From assembly GCA_049724395.1 (NCBI GenBank), contig JAUGWO010000108.1, positions 62,001 through 85,690 of the forward strand: a stretch of DNA of 23,690 nucleotides. The letters run 5' to 3'. The notes under the pieces were generated by a model. That model was not told where the DNA came from. It saw nothing but the letters and a program-made list of their open reading frames with translations, and ran no database searches. Shown one piece after another: positions 1 through 8,946 of the stretch. Position numbers and translations under genes: made by a program. Origin of the DNA: Spongospora subterranea f. sp. subterranea (lineage: Eukaryota). How positions within the stretch are numbered: position 1 is the first letter of the stretch; every line of letters begins with the position of its first letter.

Positions 1-27
1 TTGACAAATTGTTCCAAAAAAGAGACA

Positions 28-1450
28 TCAACTGAGGTGATCCCGAGGAAATGGGTGAGATTTGCTTACCAGATGCAGCACCGAATCTCTTGGAATCCTC
101 TCAAGTACATTTGACAATTTGTTCCAAAAAAGTGCCGACGAATGGTAATCCTTGCGCTCTCCCGATATGAAAGAGTCTGTAGTAAAGTCTAGTTTGTGGA
201 TATTTCGCGTCCGGAACAGATTTCCAAAGTGGCAAGATCGCATTTGCCGCAGATTGCGTGGCCATGGTGAGATTGAGGGCGATTGGAACAGAATGTGGTC
301 TAGGAAAGAAAAATCAACATCCTCTATGAGAGTGAGCATCGGACGGCCCTCGAATAAAACAGGGCAGATAGAGAGTTGTAGAGTAATTCCTGAAGAAATG
401 GACGAAGTAGAATGCCCCCACACCTCTGGCATGCGATGCCAGGCAAACGCAGCTCGCCATCACTTAGTCGAATAAGAAGCTATCGTTGCAAGGTTGCACA
501 GCGTTAGAGAACACCAAACGGGCTCTGTACATGACCACTGATTATAGGGCTTGGATGAGGCTACCACAGTAAGAGTTTCGCACAGCGCCATCGCTGGACG
601 GTTGGGACCTCCCATTAAAGTCAAATACAAAAAGCGACTTCGTCCATCGAGGGAAATACAGACACGGGATTCCAGGGTGCGTTAACAACACAACCTCCAG
701 AATCCAACGCGATGACCTTGTCCCCAGAAAGATTGGCAAAGTGACATTGCAAAAGCTGGACAGATGAGGTCACAAATTCGGAAGATTCGGGATACGAAGC
801 ATTAACAAAAAGACTGATTTGTCCGAGTCTCCGGTAATCGTTGTCGAAAAATCTCTTGGTTGATGTGTTAGATTGTAAACAAATTCCAGAAAATTATCCA
901 TAAATGCTGCATCTACAGCATTTGCAGAATGGGAAGCAAAGTAGATGGCTGCAAAAAGGCTGATTTGTGGCCTCGAATGAAGGAGCAATTCCTAAGGCCA
1001 TTTGGCGTGAGGGAAGATTTAAGTGCTCCAATACAACTGCAGGAAGTAAACCGTGTACAAAACACCAGTCTCAAGGCAATGCCGAAACACTTAGTGGCGC
1101 CTGATCCATCAGGTTTGCTGCCCGCGCATCAGTGCCCATAATGACAACTGGCCTTTGCACAGCCCGGAAAACATTCCTGTAAAAACGGGCCGTTTTTACG
1201 AAGCCCACGTTGACGTTAACAAACTCGTCGATTACAATTGCACGTGGGGACGTTGCATCGAAACTTCGAAACACATCGGAACGCAAGCCTCGCCTAACTG
1301 TGAAGACTTCGTTCCCTGGAATGTGTCCTTTCTGCAGCATCAACATGATGCACCCATACGTGTCCAGCTGCGCTGCTGCCAGTGCTACCGTTGAAACATC
1401 ATCAATATTCTTCAAGTCTTGCGCGGCGCAATGTTGGAAGAACTTCAAAG
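28..1450 (-). pseudogene. CRN: Crinkler (CRN)-like NTPase/nuclease-type effector pseudogene, middle to C-terminal part, multiple frameshifts
   Basis: Motifs appear in order on the minus strand across frameshifts: IVIDEF..ARFYRNVFRAVQRPVVIMGTDARAANLM, LHSRP, CHFANL, FLYLTLMGG, CLASHARGVG, SPSISPWP..CHFGNLFRTRN..ISGERKDY. These match the motif series I recall from oomycete/chytrid CRN C-terminal domains (RNVFRA.GL.VI.MGTD, HFANL, PPN..WP..FG.L.R). Confidence 0.75.
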
Positions 1451-1464
1451 AGTAGTTTACCTTG

Positions 1465-1669
1465 GGTGAGATCGCCACCGAACTCACCATGGCCACGCTA
1501 TTTGCGACAAATGCGATCTTGCCACTTTGGAAATCTGCTCCGGACGCGAAATATCGACAAACTGGACTTGACTACAGACTCTGTCACATCGGAAGAGTGC
1601 AAGGATTACCATTCGTCGGAAATTTCTTTGAAACAGATTGTCAAAGTACTTGAGAGGGATCAGTTCTGA
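1465..1669 (+). pseudogene. CRN: CRN-like C-terminal fragment, inverted paralog of 96-271
   Basis: SPPNSPWPRYLRQMRSCHFGNLLRTRNIDKLDLTTDSVTSEECKDY; 1483-1659 is a diverged reverse complement of 96-271. Confidence 0.7.
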
Positions 1670-1907
1670 GCAGATGCGGTTACTCCAGGTAGCACCTTGT
1701 TAGAAGAATGCGAACACATTGAGGACCCCGGTTATGCGCCTTTTGACAACAAGCGCTGACTAAAGTGCGTTCAGTCACGATTGATAAATCAACTAGGACG
1801 GAGGGAGAACCACGATCAGAACGTTTATCGATTGATGCGCACTCTATGATGTTTTGATAACGATTTTTTTTACCTCATTGCAATTAACCATGTTGGTTGC
1901 TCTTCTG

Positions 1908-2325
1908 ATGAACTCATCCATAGGTGGGCTTTCTGATTTTACCGTCTCTGAAATCCTGTCGTTTTCAAGCGAAGCTCCGTAGCCAGTAATAATTAATATC
2001 GACGAATCGGAAAATGATTCCGAGAAAAGCGCAGTGGAGCGTGATCGACCGTCCAGCGCCCCATTTGTCTTCGTCAAAAGGTATCTGGAATGGGTACGAC
2101 GCAGTTGGTCTTCGATCTAATGGAGATTTCAAGAAGATTGTGTATCTGGTAGCTTCTCCCGCTCAAGATCTCACCCAAGATATATACCGGTTCTTTCAAA
2201 ATTCTTCGACGTTCTTCCAGCATTGCGCCGCGCAAAACTTGAATTATATTGAGGATGTTTCAATGGTCGCACTGGCAGGAGCTCAGCTGTACACTATGGG
2301 TTCATCGTGTTGATGTTGATGTTGC
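1908..2325 (+). pseudogene. CRN: CRN-like fragment with degenerate P-loop
   Basis: APFVFV, then a frameshift to SGMGTTQLVFDLM (Walker A-like SGxGKTQ with K>T), then IVYLVASP..QDIYRFFQNSSTFFQHCAAQNL. 2208-2318 is a diverged reverse complement of 1335-1446. In-frame TAG near 1980. Confidence 0.65.
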
Positions 2326-2610
2326 AAATAAGGACATATTTTACCTTGGTTCGATAAAACGCCTAAAAAACAGCCAGACGGTTGTGAATACTGGCGACAA
2401 CTGGCATTCAAAGGCCAATGACTTGAACGTTGCTGGTTGTCAGGGCATTGGCGAGCCGGAGTTGAGCAGGAAAGCTCGGCCTCAAGCGCTGCCGCGAAGT
2501 GTTTCAGGTCCTAATCTGTGGAAGACATCTGCAGAGCACAGAAGAAGGAATTGACGACGAACAGCAATTGAATGGCGGAACCAAATAACATGTGAATGGT
2601 TGTGGGAGGG

Positions 2611-3422
2611 AGGACACGATACGGGTTTGAGAACGTCGTCGTGTCTTGTGGAGCCGCGTCACTGTCGGTGCCAAGTATAGCTCTTTATCGCGTCACGATC
2701 ATACGGGAATGAGAGCATGATCGTGTCTTGTGAAGCCGCGTCACTGTTTCTGTCCCATGTATAGCTCTTTATCGCGTCACGATCATACGGGAATGAGAAC
2801 ATGATCGTGTCTTGTGAAGCCGCGTCACTGTCTGTCCCATGTATAGCTCTTTATCGCGTCACGATCATACGGGAATGAGAACATGATCGTGTCTTGTGAA
2901 GCCGCGTCACTGTCTGTCCCATGTATAGCTCTTTATCGCGTCATGATCATACGGGAATGAGAACATGATCGTGTCTTGTGGAGCCGCGTCACTGTCTGTC
3001 CGAAGTATAGCTCTTTATCGCGTCACGATCATACGGGAATGAGAACATGATCGTGTCTTGTGAGGCCGCGTCACTGTCTGTCCCATGTATAGCTCTTTAT
3101 CGCGTCACGATCATACGGGAATGAGAACATGATCGTGTCTTGTGAAGCCGTGTCACTGTCTGTCCGATGTATAGTACTTTATCGCGAGAACATGATCGTG
3201 TCTTGTGGAGCCGCCTCACTGTCTGTCCGATGTATAGTTCTTTATCGCCTCACGATCATACGGGAACGAGAACATGATCGTGTCTTGTGAGGCCGCGTCA
3301 CTGTCTGTCCCATGTATAGCACTTTATCGCGTCACGATCATACGGGAATGAGAACATGATCGTGTCTTGTGAAGCCGCGTCACTGTCTGTCCAGTGTGCC
3401 GTTATCGCCTCACGATCATACG
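2611..3422. repeat. 82-bp tandem repeat array (minisatellite), about 10 units
   Basis: Unit gatcgtgtcttgtgaagccgcgtcactgtctgtcccatgtatagctctttatcgcgtcacgatcatacgggaatgagaacat. The tcgtgtc marker occurs at 2639, 2721, 2805, 2887, 2969, 3051, 3133, 3196, 3278 and 3360 (spacing 82, with one 84 and one 63). Confidence 0.97.
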
Positions 3423-4333
3423 TTTCAATTCCTATCGTACTCCTAACGTTTTAATGATCTGACGCAGCAATCAACAGCAAGTGAACAGTTCTGTAACACC
3501 ATGTTTACCATCACCGTATCCGGATCATACCCCGTCAATGCCCGTCCACTTTGTAGTTTAGTACTTGAACAAAACACATCTAAAGAAATCATTATTAGCT
3601 CAACGGCAATGACGTCGGCCAAATGGATCAGGTACTTCACGCCGCATCACCCCCTTTATTTGAAAGACAAACGAAAGAATGGACAGTCAATTCTTTCAAG
3701 AATGTCCAGCGAATCAGGCAGACTCAACAGTTCAAAGTCGACAGCTTTTCTATTCTTTGTGAACCGGTCCATGCGGTGAAATCACCCTAACCTCAATGAC
3801 GTCTTTGATATCAAAACCATTAGCCATAATAGAAAAAAATGCTTCAAAAACTTCTTCAGACACATGCAAATCCCTGTCCGCCAACAACATATTGGCCGAA
3901 AGGCGAGTCGCTGGTCGACAAGCCGATCTGACAATTGTGATATGGGCAGATTTACTTACACAACATGATTTCTAACGATCACGTGCGGTCTGGGAAGGCA
4001 CAGAAAATGGTGTCCAAGGCTAAACCAGACCGTGGACCAAACCGTGTGGACTGGATATCGTGGTTGTCCATCGACCTGATGGATGAAGTCGATCGAATCC
4101 GACATGTGGGAGTCAAGTTCTTACCCATTCATAATGATTGGGGACCCTGTTTCTCTCCACAGTTCTCAATTGTTCTTGGGCGCGCACAGATTGGCAAACT
4201 TATGCTTCAGCCCCTGAGCAAATGGATCACATTGAAAAGCAAACCGCATATTATCTCGCAGTCGTTACCAAAAAGTGTGTAGTTATTCGATGCTGTTTTG
4301 CAGCCGAATCGTCCATCAATAGGTTTTTGTTTT

Positions 4334-4906
4334 TCATGCGAGTCTCGATCTGGCACCCTCGATGGAAACCTCGCTGTTAATGTCGATAAGACTCACTTTA
4401 TCGTCATCATGGACAATGGCAAAACCTTCTGCTACTGGGCGGCCAGAGCACAAACTTGAAGTGTCGCTTGTTTGGGAAATCACGGTCGAACAATTGGACA
4501 TTGTGTCGCGTGTTTGGGAAATCACGGTTGAACCATTGGACATTGTGTCGCGTGTTTGGGAAATCATGGTCGAACCGCTAGACCTGGAGAAAAATTTACG
4601 AGCATCGTCACTATTTCCATATCGTTGATTCTGACGACTATACACTCGCAAATTCGTTTCGCTCAAAACAATACACCCTTCATCGTAGTTAGTGTGTATT
4701 ACAGTAATTGCGTTTTTGTGATTTTGGGTATCTCCACAGTCAATAGTGTAACACACTAATTGCGAATACACACTAATTATAGGGTGGGATGATATTCGGG
4801 AATGTTCATATTTAGTGTGTGTACCCCTCCAGTCGCACTGTTGACTGGACGACATACAGTTAGTGATGCGGATATTTTTAAAACATTTAATACTGTACGA
4901 TTTCAA
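4334..4906 (-). CDS. Hypothetical ORF (190 aa) containing the 14-aa Ser/Thr-rich repeat; no recognisable domain
   Basis: Open frame in the ORF track only; repeat length is divisible by 3. Confidence 0.2.
   Translation of the reverse strand: MKSYSIKCFKNIRITNCMSSSQQCDWRGTHTKYEHSRISSHPIISVYSQLVCYTIDCGDTQNHKNAITVIHTNYDEGCIVLSETNLRVYSRQNQRYGNSDDARKFFSRSSGSTMISQTRDTMSNGSTVISQTRDTMSNCSTVISQTSDTSSLCSGRPVAEGFAIVHDDDKVSLIDINSEVSIEGARSRLA
4461..4583. repeat. 42-bp tandem repeat x3 (STVISQTRDTMSNG on minus strand)
   Basis: gtgtcgc(t/g)tgtttgggaaatca.ggt.gaac.attggacatt starts at 4461, 4503 and 4545. Confidence 0.93.
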
Positions 4907-5170
4907 AATTCATTTGAAAATGCCTTCAGAGTTATGAGGCATTTTTTATACTTAATTGAAAAAAATCCGAAAGCCGTGGATCCGCGCAGCAATCTTCGGG
5001 CTCTCGTTTCGTTCGACGTTTGTGCACAAAGAAGCTCGTTCCATGAGTAGCTCAAACAAACGAAGAAGGCCTCAGGCTGCGATCCATGTCCATTTTTAAA
5101 AGTTCCTCAAAACCGGCCCTGCCGCTGGTGGAACAGTTGATTGCCTGATGTACCTCAGTATGCACTGTAT

Positions 5171-5822
5171 GTAGTGTTGAACTTCAAATGTTTTGCACAG
5201 TATTTTCGTATTTCAAATGTATTTCAAAATGAAACCTCATTTTAAATTCGTTTTTTATTCGTTTTACATGTTTTCTGGTCAAACTAAGACAATTCCCTCT
5301 TCCAAAATGATTTCCTGAAAATCATCATCACATTCTGGCAAATATTGATCCAAAATAGCAGTGGAATCGTCCATCATACGGAATTCGTCTTCTTCCAGCA
5401 GGTCATCCGTTTCACTCACTTGTGTTGGGAGGTCCTCGTTGCTTGTCCGAAATGGTGAACCAATATTCGCTGAGTAAGTAACGAAAGGATCGACCCTTCG
5501 TTTTCCAAAGACTCTTTCCAATTGCAACGAGTTGAGGGAATTGTCTTATTTTGACCAGAAAACATGTAAAACGAATACAAAACGTTTTAAAATACGGTTT
5601 TATTTTAAAATACATTTAAAAATACGAAAATACTGCCGCAAAACATTGGAAATGCAACACTACGGTCAGACCCATTTATTTTAACGAGGTTATTCTCCTA
5701 GAGTCGTTGGAAAACGAAAGGTCGATCCTTTCGTTACTTACTTAGCGAATATTGGTTCACCATTGCGGACCAGCAACGAGGATTTCCCACCACAAGTGAG
5801 TGAAACGGATGACCTGCTGAAG
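5171..5822. mobile_element. Three fragments of one repeat family (acidic ORF tail plus AT-rich end with hAT-like terminus tagtgttg), arranged as two interleaved inverted pairs
   Basis: 5171-5299 is inverted to 5535-5663, and 5395-5516 is inverted to 5700-5822. Ends read tagtgttg (5172) and caacacta (5662) with repeated gtattt subterminal motifs. No TSD. The hAT assignment is inference. Confidence 0.5.
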
Positions 5823-6073
5823 TATTTCGCCGTTCTTGGGCAACCTTTGGCGACCATCTCGGCCACCAGCCCTGAGTTGATGATCTTGGCACATATTCCC
5901 GTTCCAGTGCGATAAGTGCAGCGAAACGCGATATGGCCGCCTCCATTCTTTTGCACGTTTACGTGCCCACAACGGCGACACGAGGGCACCGCACTGCTTC
6001 CGACTTTCCGTCGTAGACTGACTTCAGGATTGCCAACGCGTTGGACGCGGCGTTCGTCCTGAGTTCCAACTTG
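5820..6073 (-). pseudogene. Inverted diverged paralog of the zinc-ribbon N-terminus at 6177-6430
   Basis: PSCRRCGHVNVQKNGGGHIAFRCTYRTGTGICAKIINSGLVAEMVAKGCPRTAK versus the plus-strand copy; mostly third-position differences; one frameshift near 5988. Confidence 0.85.
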
Positions 6074-6141
6074 TTTTTTACGGAGTTAACATCACACGTT
6101 TGCAAAGCGTTCGAGCGATTATTTTACAGCGAAGAGGAAAA

Positions 6142-6800
6142 ATGGTAGGGAGACCTCCATTGGTTCCCGTATCCAACAAGTTGGAATTGAAGATCAACGT
6201 CGCGTCTAAAGCGTTGGCATTTCTCAAGTCCGCATACGAGGGAAAAGCGGACGCCGTTCGGTGTCCGTCGTGCCGCCGATGTGGACACGTCAACATCCAG
6301 AAAAACGGCGGAGGCCAGATTGCGTTCCGTTGTACGCATCGTACTGGAAGCGGCACCTGCAGCAAGATTATCAACTCCGGGCTGGTGGCCGAGATGGTCG
6401 CCAAAGGTTGCCCAAGGACCGCCAAAGACTTCAAGGAGACGGTCCAACTCGCGGTCGCGGCGGCGAGGGAGGCCGAAGCGGCTCTGGTGGCGGCGGGAAC
6501 AACGGGCGCTCGAGACAGTTGCTCTCTCGCACTCTCTTCCTCTGTTAGAGTGCCCGCCCCCGTCACCCAAGTCGAGCAAATGGACTTAGTACAGTCACCC
6601 AAGAAAATCATGACGCCAAGCGCTCATCACGTTGAAGACGCGCCAAATGCTCCCGATGCCGCAAGTGCCGTACCGGAGGCCGAGACGAAGAAAACCACAT
6701 TAACGGCGGGATCATATAACCCGTCGGCGCCTGCGACGATTGCTGATATTCAGGAGCTCGTCCGTTGCATGACAGAGAACTTCCAAGCTTTTCTGGCAAG
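6142..6800 (+). pseudogene. Probable 5' part of non-LTR retrotransposon ORF1 with N-terminal Cys zinc ribbon
   Basis: ATG at 6142; CPSC..KNGGG..FRC..C followed by an Ala/Pro-rich linker. GC-rich composition matches 7728 onward, and the sequence breaks into AT-rich DNA near 6800. Linkage to the LINE is inferred. Confidence 0.55.
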
Positions 6801-7727
6801 ATCTTGCTCCAGCCATTTGAGATCTTGTACTTGCTTTTTTTATCGACAAAATAGGAACAAAATTCGTTGATGTTGAATCATCCTGTGGAGATAAATGGTG
6901 TTCACTAACCGACATCGTGATTCTGGAACCTAGAACGCTTCGTCGCTGTGGATGTATCTGGTATCATGCATCATGATCCATGACCCTTCAGATGCATCAT
7001 CGACCATCGCTGCTTTGAAAAAGCTTATATCATTCAGGGTATTTGTCGGCAACCATATCACTGGTTGGATCATATCGTCAGGGCTCAATGGGATAAAGGG
7101 CGAGGGTCAGCAACAATCTGTCGGGTATTTGAAGTCACGCTGTAGGGACTCGCCCTGAATCCCATCGAGTCCTCACGTTTGATTTGCGAATACACAACTT
7201 ACAGCAGGGCGCCCCAGTCTTTTAAACCCGCAGTTGCTGTTGCTACTTCAACTTACGCTTTGAGATAGTGTCCAAGCCCACTAAAAACCCAGCCAGTTTT
7301 GACCATTCATTGAGTCAAATTGAGTCCTGGGCTGTGATTCGATAGCAGAGCGACATTGAACAAAAACGCGACTTTGTCCAAGACATGTGGAGTCATGACG
7401 ACAATGGTGATTTGCTCCCTCCATGCTCATCGATGGGAGCTTCTCTTTCGCGTCTCGACAGTTGGCGCACTCTTTCTAAAGATGACCTAGATTGGGGGCT
7501 CTTAATCTATCAAATTTGTGGTAGCTTTAGGTAAAACCATAATGTCAGATTCCTGGAGTCACTATCTCGGTGAACGGCACTTGAATCAATTCTGGAAGAT
7601 GAATCATCATCAATAAATCACTTCTCTAATATACCTTCACTGGATACCTACTATAAGTCTACTATAGGTACTGCTCATTTGAGAGATTAAGAGTCCCACA
7701 CTCTTGTTGTAGATAAGCCATTAGAAG
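6800..7727 (-). pseudogene. Highly degenerate possible hAT transposase fragment interrupting LINE ORF1
   Basis: Minus strand reads KLAGFL..SKRKLK*QQQL..KSNVRTRWDS (7156-7176; cf. hAT DVxTRWNS), then in another frame LSPDD..FFKAAMVDDASE (cf. PFKEAT..LS). Many stops; no TIRs found. Confidence 0.35.
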
Positions 7728-8946
7728 GTGCCGACCGTAAGACGCACAGCGCCCGTCGATGAGCAGGAGGAGCGAACTACCCACGTCCTAAGTGCTCGGC
7801 CGAGTTCCAGCGCAAGCCGGAGTCCCGGAGCGGGCGAGCTATGCGAAGGCGGTCCAGCTCAACCTGCCGTTCCCAAGGTTGCTGCTCACCGCGCACCCGT
7901 TCCCGCTTTTTCGAGGCCAGAGGCCACTGAAGACCAAGCGATGGCGTTGGCGGCGAGCTCAAGAGTCGGCGAGCGAGGAGTGGTCAAGCGTTACACAAGA
8001 CTGTTTGTGGACAAATTCCGAGCTGGACCCCTGGGAGAGACCAGGCGTAAGCTACGACGCTTCGGAATTACGGCGAACCCAATGGAGCTCAGCTTCCTTG
8101 GTCGGGCGCACGTTTTGGAGATTACGCTGCACGAGGAGGCGGCGCCAGCTGTCGCGGCGAGATTACGGCAGCTGCAGTTCGAGGTGAGAGAGGCGCTAGC
8201 CCCAGAAGATCCATCACTACTTGTCGGCACGAAATGGGCGGAGGCTAGCCTGACTGATAAGACGGCGGAGGCGTCTCGTTGTTATATTGCCCGAATCAAA
8301 CGGACCTTGTCCGCTGAGGTTCGCTGAGGTTAGGCCATCGTATCGTGGGGTTTTAAACAAGGAATTGTACAGATTGGGGCAGACCCCGGAGCGCTATATT
8401 GCTGCTCCAAAGAAGACGGCTGCCGCGGCACTGCAACCTCAAACGAAGAGCGAGGAATGGCAGACGCAGCGAAAGTCAGGCTTCAATCGCCGTCAAAAGA
8501 AGAAGAAGAACATCAGGCCGACATCCCCGATGCCCTCCGCCGCCACTCGAAGCAAGTCTGAGGAGACTCTGGCAGGCCGGAAGGACGTTTTGGACGCCCT
8601 GATGCCGTCCATCGACGAAATTATGCACGACGCCGACTTGGTCGGCGTCGAAGGTACCGACGCCACTGGTCAGGCCAATATTGCTGATCTGCCCGCAGGA
8701 TATCGGGAGATACTGGAGCGCAACCGAAATGGCGGAACGGGAGATTCCTGGGTCAGCGACGACGAAGTTGTGCCCGCGCGACGCGCCGTCTCCCGGGGGC
8801 TGGAATTCCACCAGGAGGAGGTCGTGGCGAACAAGGTTCGCCGCCTGCGCTCACCAGCCAAGACAGCCGACAATGTGGGAGAACACAACCGACAGGTAAC
8901 CTCCTCATCGCCCACAGACTTGACCACATCCGCCAGATCATTATGA
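7728..8946 (+). pseudogene. Non-LTR retrotransposon ORF1, 3' part, frameshifted
   Basis: ASYAKAV motif; RRKLRRFGI..ELSFLGRAHVLEITLHE resembles ORF1 of fungal-type LINEs; EEWQTQRK basic segment. The stop TGA (8944-8946) overlaps the ORF2 ATG (8943). Confidence 0.7.

Noticed and set aside
2639..2720. Hammerhead ribozyme in the array unit
   Set aside because: No CUGANGA/GAAA core on either strand.
2611..3422. CRISPR array (regular palindromic repeats)
   Set aside because: The intervening sequence is conserved rather than unique spacers; no cas genes; eukaryotic context.
3443..4380. Protein-coding gene in the short ORFs
   Set aside because: No recognisable motif and stops in all frames; it may be a decayed or spliced gene, but I cannot support a call.
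5172..5662. Intact MITE/hAT with TIRs
   Set aside because: Flanks actgtatg and cggtcaga are not a TSD, and both arms include the same ORF end, so they are two copies of one end.
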